Shown here piece after piece: positions 23,799 to 36,700 of a DNA stretch of 64,000 nt. This DNA comes from Bispira polyomma (lineage: Eukaryota): NCBI GenBank assembly GCA_965649765.1, contig OZ287752.1:76632001-76696000 (forward strand), given 5' to 3'. The notes under the pieces are model-generated. The model was not told where the DNA came from. It searched no databases and saw only the letters and a list, made by a program, of their open reading frames with translations. How positions within the stretch are numbered: position 1 is the stretch's first letter; the number at the start of each line of letters is the position of its first letter. The position numbers and the translations under genes are program-made.

Positions 23799-26254
23799 TT
23801 AACAAGAAAACTTGACAGCCCAGTTATTTAATGTAGTCTCACTAAAATGTACCTTATCATCATTTGTTCCGGTCATGCACATATTCACAGCACGTTGTCT
23901 GGCTAGACCTTTGTCATGTACACCTTTAGCACAGTAGATACCAAAGTCAGGACCGTAGGGAAGATCTCGAAGTTGTAAGGAAAATCCCCCAGGTAACCAT
24001 TCCATGCCATCTGGATATATTTTCATTAATAAATGATTGATGTCCAATGGCATACACAAACCTTGCTCATGTATATGGGCTTGAATATTAAGCAAAGTGT
24101 TTTCATACTCAGATACACTTAGCCCATCTGTTACCAAGCCTGGATGTTTGACCTCAAGACATGATGCCTCAATCTGATGTTCTATACACTTAAAAGCTTT
24201 ACCATAGTCTATAAAATCATGGGATTTGTTTATGTAGCTTGCAGCTGTCAGATTCACAATAGCATGTTCAAGACTCATCTCTACCAGGACTTTGAGGTAA
24301 CAGACATCATATTTGTTTTGGTGAGACCTTGAAAACCACGCTTGAAAGTTTTTGTTTTGCTCTGCCACATTTTCTGGAGGAAATTTAATTTCCTCTAAGG
24401 CATAAGTAGTTGATCCATTTCCCAGATGAGAACAAGATGTTATGGCAGTAACTGTTGTATCCTCTGGTGTTTCTAATATGGTAACTGGTTCTGTTTGTTC
24501 TTCTGTAACACTTGTCATACCAATAACTGTTGTATCCTCTGGTGTTTCTGATGTAGTAATATGTTCTGTTTGTTCCTCTGTATCACTTGTCGTACCAATA
24601 ACTGTTGTATCCTCTGGTGTTTCTGATGTTGTAATATGTTCTGTTTGTTCCTCTGTATCACTTGTCGTACCAATAAGTGTTGTATCCTCTGGTGTTTCTG
24701 ATGTAGTAATATGTTCTGTTTGTTCCTCTGTATCACTTGTCGTACCAATAAGTGTTGTATCCTCTGGTGTTTCTGATGTAGTAATATGTTCTGTTTGTCC
24801 CTCTCTATCACTTGTCGTACCAATAAGTGTTGTATCCTCTGGTGTTTCTGATGTAGTAATATGTTCTGTTTGTTCCTCTAAAACACTTGTCGTACCAATA
24901 ACTGTTGTACTCTCTGGTGTTTCTGATGTAGTAATATGTTCTGTTTGTTCCTCTGTAACACTTGTTATATTATTAACTGTTATATCCTCTGGTGTTTCTA
25001 ATATAGTACTATTTTGTGTTTGTTCTTCTGTAACACTTGTCACATCATTATTAGTTGTGCTATCTATTGCCCTATCTATTGTACTATAGATCCATGGATC
25101 ACCTGAATTTGTTGTGAAATCTCTATCTGTGATTGTCTCTGGTATCTCTGATGCTGTACTGTTTTCAATGACATATTCTGTAGCAAATGTTATATGAATA
25201 TCTATTGTGGCATCTGTTGTTACAGCGTCATTACTTTGCCCCATCAGTTCATCTTGGGTACTTGATATCGCAGTGACTGTTGTGCTGTCTCTTACTTGTA
25301 AAGCTTTACTGTGTGTTTTGTGCTCTTCAGTGGTAACTATGATGGCCTTGTTCTTCTTCATGCCACCCATAAGACTACGCCTTATTTTCATCTGATCTAC
25401 AAACATATTCGTTTAGGTTAGTTTACTTTGGGTATAATGTTGTTTTCAACATGTCTTGTGTCATATCACGACATGAAGTTCACTGATGGAGGATTTCAGA
25501 ACGGGATAGTTGGTCAAGGTTTTTGTCTGCTCTGCAAATCACCATCCTTAAGGAAGTCAGGGCCAAGGGCCACGATTAGACCACAGTGCAATAAAATTAC
25601 TATTTATCCAAAATTGCACACTGCAACAGTTACTAGCACATAGTAATTCCATCAGTTAACACGTAAAAAATTCAAGTAATGTAGGAAATAGGAGTAGATA
25701 CAAACCATGTGGGTGCACCATTAGTTTGACAGAACAGATACTGTTACGTTGACCAAACACATTCTCCGAATACATTGTTAATGACATTCCATCAAAGTAT
25801 CTTGGCACATTTGAGATGAACAGCTTTCCACCGCTGCAATTTGCTAATGATGTTTGCTGATCAACATCAGTTTCTTTTATTTGATGGGTGCAAATCATAA
25901 TGTTTTCATCTGATATCCAGTCTATCTGCACTACATCATTGGGTAAACTTGAGTTACAAACTATTATGGCCCCCTTCCTTTCATGGACATGGACACCAGC
26001 AACTGAAAGAAAACTTTGAGGATATAAATATAGATATACATGTACGTGAAAGACTTTTAAGGAAATGATGTTAGTGAATGTTATTTGCCTGTTGTTTTCA
26101 AGAAAACAAACTTGCCAATAATGCATATATTATGATATAAAACTGGGTTATCGATATGATAGCTAAATTTACCTGTGCAGATATGTAGGCTTAATCCCAA
26201 ACTGCAAGTAATTATATATAATCCATATAAACCATGTCTTAGGTGTTGATCCAT
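23799..26254 (-). CDS. Secreted CILP-C-terminal-domain protein: signal peptide, Ig-like domain, Thr/Glu mucin-like repeats, Cys-rich C-terminal domain (~658 aa, 3 exons)
   Basis: Exons 26254-26173 (MDQHLRHGLYGLYIITCSLGLSLHICT, donor gtaaat), 26002-25706 (phase 1-1 Ig-like exon; ttttctttcag acceptor, gtttgt donor) and 25396-23799 (tttgtag acceptor). Phases are compatible. C-terminus AWFSRS..YDVCYLKVLV..CLEVKHPG..YGPDFGIYC..MC..NWAVKFSC aligns to the two + strand paralogs. Confidence 0.85.
24450..25040 (-). repeat. Coding tandem repeat, 75-bp (25-aa) unit, ~8 copies
   Basis: Unit EEQTEHITTSETPEDTTLIGTTSDT; DNA landmarks recur every 75 nt (24568, 24643, 24718, 24793, 24868, 24943). Confidence 0.95.
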
Positions 26255-26304
26255 TTTCACGAATCAATAGACCAAAAGCACACTGCCTGGTTCTGATCCT
26301 GATA

Positions 26305-26320
26305 ACTATATATATATAGT
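26305..26320 (-). promoter_or_regulatory. Possible TATA element of the secreted gene
   Basis: (TA)n run ~55-65 nt upstream of the ATG at 26254; could equally be a microsatellite. Confidence 0.3.
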
Positions 26321-27689
26321 CTAAGGTCTCAGTGTGGAAGTTATATCTAGTTAAAGTGGATGTGCGGTAACTGCTATCATTAAAACCAACAGCTATGAGG
26401 TATTTTTGATGTCACTAGTATGGTGCCCCTGTTAGGACATCCATTTTTCTTTTCACATCTTATTGAGCTCACAATTTTATTATGTGATCACAACTTATTA
26501 AGTTGTGCGCACAAGAATGATGTTGTGAGCATGATTTAATAAGTGAGCACAAGATGATATCATGATTACAAGATTATTTTGGGCTCATAACTTATTTTTT
26601 TGCTTACCACTTCAACTCGTAATCACCAAATAATTTCATGCTCAACAGACTATCTTATTAAGTAGTCAGCAAGAGATGTGGTGATCAATGATTTGATGAT
26701 CAACACAAATAATATGGGGGAAGTATTTTGATGACCGAACGGGGCTACATATAAAAATAATATCTGTTAAATATATCAAGATGTTTTTGTTATATGCCTA
26801 TGATATGTTTGTTTTTTTTTAAATATGATGATAGGTAAACCACATCTAGAGGATCTGTTTAATGTGCTTTTTATCTCAAACAGCCTCTTTCAATCACCGT
26901 AGTCACCAGGTTCCAAGATTCAATTGCACTGTTTCTCTTCTGACAATTTTATTGCCTTATATATCTTTAAAAGTGTATTATATTAAGACACCTTTATTGT
27001 CATAAATATCTTTAATTATGTAATATACTAAGATGGACGAAATGCACAATCAATAAGGATTAAGTCTCACATGCCTGGATTACTGCTAACTGAAACATAA
27101 AACCGACAGCACTTCGGATGATTTAGAGCCAAAACACTTCTAGTGATATTGTGTCTCCTGGGTGACCTTGTCCTCCTAAGGGTACAATCTTCAGATCTAG
27201 ACCGACAATCAATCCTGGGTCCCTCTGAGCGTCTTAGCACTAGGCCACAGGGACCAGTAAACCATAAAATGCTCATACTCGCATACAGGGAAAATATTAT
27301 TTAAAATTCAACTACCATGTGAATAAATTCCTACACAAACAAAGTTAACCCAATAAAATACATTTATGTGTTTTTGGTTTGGTGTAGTATTTATACAGCT
27401 TGTATTATAGCTTCAGTAATGTTGCCTGTAATACCTTTTTTACAAATCTATAAACATGAACTTATCTAGAACTCATAAATAATTTGTAGGAGTTTGTATA
27501 GATTTTTACAAGGTTTATTTCAATCTTCACCTACTAGATTAATATTTTTTTTTGTGCTTTCGTTAGATAAAATATTGCAGAACGGTTTAACTTGTTTCAT
27601 GATATGCTTTGGCTCTCCAGATAATAAAGAATTGTGCTAGTTGCCATGCTGGTTTTTGAACTACCATATACATTATGGACTTGAAACCA

Positions 27690-27975
27690 ACAGAGATAAC
27701 AGTTTTTACAAGTCTAATTTTCTACAAGAGTTGGGAATATCGTTAAAATAGACTGAATGGCCATATTTAAGAGTGTTGTATGTGAACAGGCCAATTTTGA
27801 ATTGAATTCTAAATTCTAGTTGAGGTGTTACATGGTTAACAAGTGAAGATCGATAACCACTTAAATACAATTTGCGAAATTTGCACACACATTATTCTTT
27901 TTAAGTCATGGTTAGATACAACACCAAAGAGAGAGGATTGAAGTAGTCTAAACAAGTAAATTGGTGAAGCAGCAG
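27690..27975 (-). mobile_element. CR1/L2-type LINE 3' fragment
   Basis: Degenerate RLDY.NS.L.G, VNHVTPQL, FRIQFKIGLFTYNTL..GHSVYF motifs. Confidence 0.6.
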
Positions 27976-29029
27976 TTCCATTCATGTCACGTAATTGTTG
28001 TGTCCTGTATAACTGTAAAATCGAGTTTGGCAGACTTGTTGATGAGAGGGTCATGATCAAACAAACACAAGGCAGTGTCGAATACACGTTTTTTGGATGT
28101 ATGTATATTCTGCCAAACATATATAAACGTTTATAGATGTTTCTATAAATAAAAAACGTCATTTTCAATTTCGTAATAACATAGAACATCACCGCAGATG
28201 CCATTTGGTAACATGGGGGAAGAAACAGATGAAGTATTCCAGTTTTATCTGTTTTGTTCATTGAGAGCCATTCTTTTAATATGGGCAAAATAAGAAAATA
28301 ATTTGCTATAGAATCTGTAGAATACAAAATACCTTGGTTTATGATGTGTTTGTTTAAATAATGGGTTATATTTTTTCTCCCTGCACAGGAAGTTTCTGTC
28401 ATGTTTAAGGTTTAAAGAAGGTTTAAAATGGTGTGCTCCTAAACTTTTGTATATAACTGTTTATAAACAATCATGTGTTAATGTTTACAAATGTTTAGAA
28501 ACCCATTATTGTAAACCTTTGTGGGCAGGGATACGCTAGACGTGTCCAAAATAATTGAAAAAGTCAAAAACAAGAAAACCTCTAATACAAGTGCAATACA
28601 AGTTTTCACTATTAGAGAACACAATGGGCACAGTAAGGGGATGGGGGGGGGGGGGAGTTACACAAAGTGAATACTTTAGTGACACTCCTCTGAACACAGA
28701 ATAGCAGAGGTGTCAACAATGTTGGAGGCGCTTGTGTAAGTACACATTCACTTAGTACATAATGTACTCAATTATTTAAATTTGACTGAACCTTCAAACT
28801 TCAAAGTTTCAATTCATCACCAACTCATGCTATGGTGACCTCGCACCTGATGCTACGGTAACCCTACACCCCACTTAAGGTGATATTATGCTCTCAACTT
28901 AAACTGAAACTGTACATAGAACAAGTAGCTCTTAACTTAGAATTAATAAAATATTTACCGCAATCTTTTTTCTGTCTGTTGAACTTAAAAGTACAAACTG
29001 ATATTTTCTGCTCATTTTTTTTTGCTTAC

Positions 29030-29960
29030 GTCTAAATAAACTTGGCTTAACATCCCGAGGCATTGTTATCCTATTCCACTTGGTAAGCCTATCAAGAGAA
29101 TAATATGATCAATGGTGCCATATTCAGCAGAAAGATCAAGTAGTGCGAGTGCATTGAAAGCACCAAGCATTAAAAAGGAGAAGTAAATCCTGTCTCATCT
29201 GAATGTATTCAAAGGTTTGAAAAAGCTTGAAATTCGAAAAGGTTTCTAATTTTTAAGGATCTCTTTATCGAAAGACATTTTTTCAAGAGTGGGGTAACCA
29301 TGTGCTTATTGGAAGGGGGCCTGAAGTGACCAAAATATCAAGGTATTTAAGGACTACAAAGGGAGACCCTCAGCCTTGGCAACATGGGTTGACAAGGGAT
29401 TTAGGTATGATATTATGAGATTTTGCTTTCATACAGAATTTGTTATAATGGTCATGTACAAATTATGCACAAGAACACATTTGCGAGTTGGAAAATTTAC
29501 CTGAATTAGGTCCAATAAAAAAGAGATTGGACACTATTGAAGGAATTGGATCGATAATGCATCACCTTGTCAATTGAAATCTCTGAGCACCACTTAGTCA
29601 TCCGTGGTGGGGTGAACCGAAACTAACGAGATGCAGATTGATGCAGATCGCCAGTGATAGGTTATTTACAGCAGGGGAGTCCATGTCAGAATTGCCACGG
29701 TCGAGATGACCATGCATTGTCATCACAAGGATCGCACATTAATTAAGTAAATATCACCCCTAAGTGACGGTACAATCGTGAAAAGAATGGACTGGTCACA
29801 CAATGAATGAGTTGTAGTCGAGTTTGGGGCGAGCTAAGAAAATAATTTGCACATGAGGTGATCAATGAAGTCACCCCTAAATCTAGTATGAGCTTTGTAT
29901 GACCAGTGTGAATTCTATGTCGGCTTGACTGCCTAGACTCTTCAGATACATAAAAGAACA
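29030..29960 (-). mobile_element. Highly degraded CR1/L2-type LINE fragment (EN/RT remnants)
   Basis: HTGHTKLILDL (EN-like) and LDLSA..GTIDHIILL.RL (RT-like) remnants. Confidence 0.45.
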
Positions 29961-30736
29961 ACCATAAGCTTGATATTGTTGACTATTATACTACAAAGCA
30001 GCTACCATGTTTGTTTCTCTGTATATTTTGACTTTCTCATAGAAAATGATATCTTATATAATACTGTGTTAGTGAATAGTAACTGCAAACCACTTTGGCC
30101 AAAAAAATTGAATTACATACTATGATATTTACATGACATAAACCGAAACGTTTTTTTGTTTTTCAGGTTAGTTAAATGTAAGTATCTGCAGAAGGACCAG
30201 TTTAAATGTTCATGTAAAGAAATAAAATTTTTGGGGATACATGTAAAAAGATAAATCATAAGTCAACTTGAGGAGCTTAATTTATTGACTCTTGTAATTT
30301 TTATAAAATACAGCTTGTTTGTACTTCATGTTTGACAGTCATTGAAATTATAGCCAAAAACCTCAACCACATTCCTGAATAAGTACTTGGTGGTATCATT
30401 AATAAGTCTTCAATTGTTTCATATATCATGCTAATAAAAAGTGAGCTGACAATATAAAATTGTATTGATTAACAATTATACTGATTCCTCCAAGAGTATG
30501 TACAAAGTGTACAGCCTCGTTTTGGTATAAAATCATAGTAAATAGGTCACTTTAGGTTGGTTTGTGGGTTCTGATTGGCTGACATAGTAGTTGAACATTT
30601 TCATGAAGTAATTTGATAGCATTTCTTCTGTATTATTTCCTGAAAAAACATTTCAATGCTCACAATTAAAGTATATATGTATCACTGTGGTAATTAATAC
30701 ATTTGTGGCTGTTTACTTCTACACAAAGCTGACATC

Positions 30737-33700
30737 ATGAGCTGGCAGGGAAAAATGGAAGGAAAACCCTTGTCAGATACTGGATACACCAGTCTGCAAG
30801 AGACTGAGATATCACATGATACTAAATCTGACATAAGTAGCGCTCAAACTGACATCAACAGTACTGAAGAAACTTTGCCATACAGAAAGATGAATGGAGA
30901 CTTTGTGATCCGATTTACTGGAAATAACGAGTTGAAATCAATTGATGAGGACATACCGTATTGTAATAAATCATTTCACTGGGGAGAGGATGGTGACGAG
31001 AGAAGATTTGCTGAAGAATCAGATCATAATGTCAACAATGCCACAAGAAAAGGGCTTCGGGAGAAGAGTCAATCCCATGGAATGTCTTCCTACATGACTA
31101 GCAGTGGGATTGGGCCAACATTTTACCACAACACTGGTCAAGGAGGACATCTATCCGAGCAAGCTATCGGTGGATTTGACAGTCATCAACAACCCGTCAA
31201 TGAAAACAAAGGATACACTGGAAAAAGTCAAGGCTTAACCAATGAAAATGCAGACTGCACTAAACATGTGTATCAAGGTCACTGTGTTCCAACCAGTGAT
31301 TACCCAGAGGAGGATTATCTAACCAGCAGTAATACAGAAACTACTTTTAATGGAGAAGTTCTACAAGATGGCTACAGCTCTGTTAAGCATCATACTGGCT
31401 TATCACAAGGCAGTGGTTATACCAAACCTTTGCAGTCTGGAGACAGTTACAGGAAACTTCAACTCGGAGATGGTGAATATATTCATCCAGATAATGACAT
31501 TAAGATCTACGAAGACTGCTCTCAGGGTGGAAAACAAGATGGCTACCATGAAATTGCTTACAAAGATATAGATCCTGATTACCCAGGATCAATGGGTTAC
31601 ATACTGCAGCCACTACGTAAGCCTGCTCATTTAACACTAGGTGGAGCTACAGTTACTTCTATGGATGATCACGGTTGGTCTGATTGTGTACACTTTCATG
31701 TTTTACATTTCAAACTGTTAAAGTTTTACAAATTATGTTCTTTCTCTTGACAAAATGACTTGTACAAATATGAATTTGTCCAAGTTTGGGTACAGGTAAA
31801 TGAGTGTTATCACTGTACCTTTTTTACAGTATCAGAGGATTATCTGACGTTACCTGAATCAGCTATCAGACCACTACCCAAGCCCCCAAGATCCACCACT
31901 CGGTGTAGCAGACCTTGCCAGTGGAAGGCAGTAGGTGTTGTGATAATTGTGGTGCTGTTGGGTGCCATTATTGGTGGTATACTGATTAGTGGACACAGGG
32001 ATGATACAGAAACAACAACAGGTAGTTGCATGCACTTTTTGTACTGTTGGAATTTCACTAACCTGGATTTAGTTCCATGGTCAGAGAGTCCAGTGACTCA
32101 CAATACAATACAATAAAAAGTATATAAGATACCAGAATCTATCTATTTCACTAACCTGGATTTAGTTCCATGGTCAGAGGGTCCAGTGACTTACAATACA
32201 ATACAGTAAAAAGTATATAAAATGCCAGAATCTATCTAAAAATATGAATTGACACAACAATGAATTAATTGGGTCTGTATATCCTTCATTGAACAAAAAT
32301 GATGTTTCATTTGGAGATTGACAGTTGACAGTTCTTTAATCTGGCAGAAGATCCCTACCAAAGTTGTGCTTCTTTAGTGAAATTTCAGGAACGATCATCA
32401 CCTGCATGTGGCAGAGTAGAAAAGATGGATTCAAGAACTGTGTCATTGCAATTTATAAATAGTACAGTGGCCTAGTACAAGGGAGGTCAATTAATCTGTT
32501 TCTTAAAGAACTCATTATTTTAGTAGATTCAAGAACTGTGTCATTGTATTTTATAGATAGTACAGTGGCCCAGTATAAGGGAGGTCAATTAATCTTTTTC
32601 TTAAAGAACTCATTATTTTAGTAATTTCCCTCAGATAACTAATCATGTTTATCTACTCAGGAAAGTCAATCACAGTTTAAATGTTTTATCTGCTTTAAAA
32701 GCTGGATTTCTGACCTGGCTCGTGACGAAAAAGAGTTGTTGTGTGAAATAGGGAAAAACTTACAAACCCATACTTGTACCGTATTGTTCGTATAATTGCT
32801 ATACATATGCTTAGAATGAACTGTATATTCACAAATATCTATAATAATCATATTACTATACAATGTGCTTATTAATTTTTATTGTAGCCTATTGCATTTC
32901 TTTTATTGTAGCATTGATTTAAGCATAGGAAATTAAATGTACTTTTTCTATATCCATTTTCTGTCTCATAAACTAAGCAAATAAATGTGGCATTTCCTAG
33001 AGTTTTTTTGTTTTTTTTTGCTTTACTTAGCTGTACCAACTCCTGGATTGTCAGGCTGGACAGAGTGGACAGACTGGTCATCTTGTGACAAGACATGTGA
33101 CCAAGGAATACATACCAGGTCACGTGTATGTCGATCAGAAAAGGAAGTGTGTATTGGTCCAACTGAGCAGGCAGAGACTTGTATTGACCAACTCTGTCCA
33201 GTCCCTCGTAAGTTTACAAATCATACGCATCACGTACATACTTAGGGACTCCCATAGAGTGACATAGAGTCATCTCCAAAAAATGTTGAATTTTTAATCT
33301 TCTTCAAAAAATCCCTGAAATTGGAAAAAAGAGTGGTTCATATATAAAAATAAAACTCAAAATATGTAAAAAGGCACACTACACTACATTGTTGAGTTTA
33401 ATTATATTGTTGTTTGTCACTTTTTTTTAGAAAATATGTAACAAGCTGTTTTAAATGGATGTATGTGGTATTATACACTAACAGTTGAATTCGGTTGAAT
33501 GTAACTACATGCTATGATGTTTATGACCAGTGTTATTTGTTTTATAAATGATATATATAAAATTGTTAAATTAACAAGGGTTAAAATGTAATCATTGTAT
33601 TATTAGTATGTTGAAAAAATTAGGCCCTGAAACGCTTTGACATGAACTCTCTATACATGCCCTGAAGACTAAAATGAACTAAGAATGCCCGGAATGCTGT

Positions 33701-36700
33701 ATGTGTAATGGTTTTTCCTTGTTTAGCACGGGGAGTTTGGAGTTCCTGGAGCCAGTGGTCAATCTGTTCAGTGACCTGTGGACCAGGGGTTCAGGTCAGA
33801 ACTCGACATTGTGAGGAGTCTGGTGATAAGGACTGTGTGGGAGATTCTGGACAGCAAAGGGACTGTAACCATGGAAACTGTAAAAGTAGGAAGATTTGTT
33901 TTTGGTTTGAGTATATAAGGCATAATCTTGTATTATTGATTCTGAATGTGAATGTAAAAATACTGTTGTGTCATTTGATATTACATCATCCATTTTTTAG
34001 GCCAAATACTAAACATGAATGCCAAAAAAATCTATTGGGTAATGAATTTTTTTTTAACATTTTGTCTATCTAATCAAGCAACTTTTTTTTCAAAGTGGAT
34101 ATTGTATTGAAATAACGCATTTAATTACCAAATGTGTATCAACAGTGTTTATGTGTTTAAATGTGTAACAATATCACTGAAACTGAAAACAATCCAATGA
34201 ATTTGACTATAAAACGTGGGTATAGCTTTTGTGTAGAAGATATTTTCCTCTGAAATATGTTATGTAGCCACAATAGCTTTAATTAAATATCCTTTAATTT
34301 TTACGTGATTCAATTTGGAGATTTTCTTAAATTTTAAAAGTCACTATTTAGGAATGCAGAAAAGTTGAAATATATACCAGTTGTAATTGTGCTATTCATA
34401 ACTAGTATTTAATATTAAGTAAAAAAAAAATAATATGTATTTGTCCTTACATAAATATTAAATAGTGTACTGTAAGCCTGTAAGGATGGGTGTTAGGCTT
34501 TTTGGAGCAAATTTACTTTAACAGTACCAATTATGTTTACCTTTTTCGAAATGGCAGAAAGATTTGTAGATTTAAATTGTTCTTTTGAAGAACTTTTTAG
34601 ACAATTTGGAAGACAATAAAGCATTAATAGGTAGTTCATGACAGTTAGAAAGAAATAGTTTAGCACAACAAAGGGGCAAAGCTCCCACACCCCTTCTTAA
34701 ACTTTTAAAGTGGACTTAGTGACGGCAAATTGCACTTAATTATTCGGTGAAATTCTTGTATACCACATTGCCATTAAAATAAAAACCTATGTAAATGTAT
34801 GTATCTATATATCTTACACAGACTGTAACTTTTCCTGCCCTGGAGGGGGTGTAGTGATCACTGATGTCACTTGTGACCAGTGTAAATGTAATCAGTCCAG
34901 TACACTTCAGCTCACAGTCACAGATACTAACAACATACCTCTGGATGGGGTCACCATAAGTGATAAGCAGTGGGCAGGAAAACAACTGGCCATCTCAAAC
35001 TCAAATGGACAGATAAAACTAGATGGGGTCTGTAGCGGAACTGTGTTGATGTTCCTTAGAGCTGGCTATGTGACACAGGAGATAACAGTGTCTGTTACTA
35101 TGGATACAAGGATACGCTTGGCTAAAATAGGTTATAAATAAAACGATATGCAGTAGGACCTTTATTATCCAAACATGTTGGGAGAGCAATAAAAGGTTCA
35201 TATAAAATAGAAGATGCATTTCAGTGTGTAAAACAATAGGACGTCAATTGGGGAGAGTAAAACCGAATGTTTGGGTTACAAGAAGTTTCAGATAATAGAG
35301 GTTCTACTGTATTAGTAATGCTTATTAGTCGTAATGTTTTCACTTAAAACGAATTTTTAGGTTTTTTATTTTTTGGGGGTTTGCTAAAGCAATAGTGAAC
35401 AATTTAAACCAGACTGAGAATTTAAAAGTTTCCTGGTTGTTTAGTTGAAAATGATGAGAAATGATCAAATTCAATGAATTCCATATATTTACTTTACATA
35501 TCCCTCTACTATATTGTAAATGTTTGAAACTTTATTCCATCAAAATTGCTACTTATAAAATTAACAGTGTTTCTTGTATCCTAGTTCTACTCTACATAAC
35601 TGCCCACCCACAAAACAAGCTTAGATTGACAGGAGAATCAGTCCGATTATGCTGTACTGCAGAGGGCAGCCCACCGCCTGAGTACTTTGAATGGTATTTC
35701 CTTGGATATTATTTTGCAGTTGAACCCATTTTAATCGAAGCTCAAGGAACCATGAGAAATAACTCAGGATTTCTACTTAACAGGGCAGATTTTTTATAAA
35801 GGCATATAATGAAATTGTATTGAATATAAAAGAGTTTTACTTAAAAGGGTTTGATTGCAGTTATTTTTGATGTGGTTCAACTTTACCATTGCTAGATTGT
35901 ATCTATATTGTTCAACCGAAGTTATATATATTTAATTAATATTTGACCACTTTTAAAGCTCTTATCTCTCAACAGCCATCCTACCTTGCTGCTCACCTTT
36001 CTTTCCCTTCAGAGGGGAAAGATACTTTGTGTTTCCTCAGTCAAACCTGCCAAGAGGGCTGGATCCAGAACTTTCTCTGTTGCTACCGCTTTGTTATGGA
36101 ATAGGCTCCCAGCTGAGCTTAGATCACTTAAAACACTTTCTGGGTTAAGAAAAAGCTTGAAACATATCTAATCAAACTCCCTTATCTTCCTTAGTTCCCT
36201 CCATGTACACCCACGATCTTTTCTTACCACCTTGGCTATGCTTTTTTTGACTTCTCGATTGGTTGATTATATTGTTGTAGTTTAGAAGATGCCTTACATC
36301 AATCAATAAAGCGTGTCAAATACCATATACATCACAAAGGGTGTTACCTACCTCAGTAACTCACCAGTATACTTGTACATACCACCGTCATCCAAGCAGT
36401 TGAAATTGAGCACCAGTGTAAGTTTTTGCTCACACATGTTAGTTTATGTTATCCAGTTAGGGACTGTATAACCAAACAATGGCTATGGTAGCCATGATTT
36501 AGTTGATGTTGTTTGTAATGTATATCACAGGTATCGAGATGGGATATTTGTGAAAGACATTTGGGGTGACAATTACACCAGTGAATTGTCAGTGAGCTCC
36601 CTGAGCCAAACGAATGATGCTGGAGGGTACACATGTAAGGCCCATAACAGATTCAGTGCAGTCACTTCATATCCTGGGACACTGGTCATAAATAGTAAGA

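Noticed and set aside
24450-25040. Regular repeats as a CRISPR array
   Set aside because: Contiguous coding tandem units with no unique spacers, no cas genes and a eukaryotic context; the same applies to 57024-57375.
24442-25089. 215-aa Val/Ser-rich ORF on the + strand (and 24515-24823)
   Set aside because: Antisense or alternative-frame shadow of the 75-bp coding repeat in the minus-strand gene.
27836-28402. 188-aa minus-strand ORF
   Set aside because: Read-through of a degraded L2/CR1 fragment and neighbouring repeats; no coherent domain.
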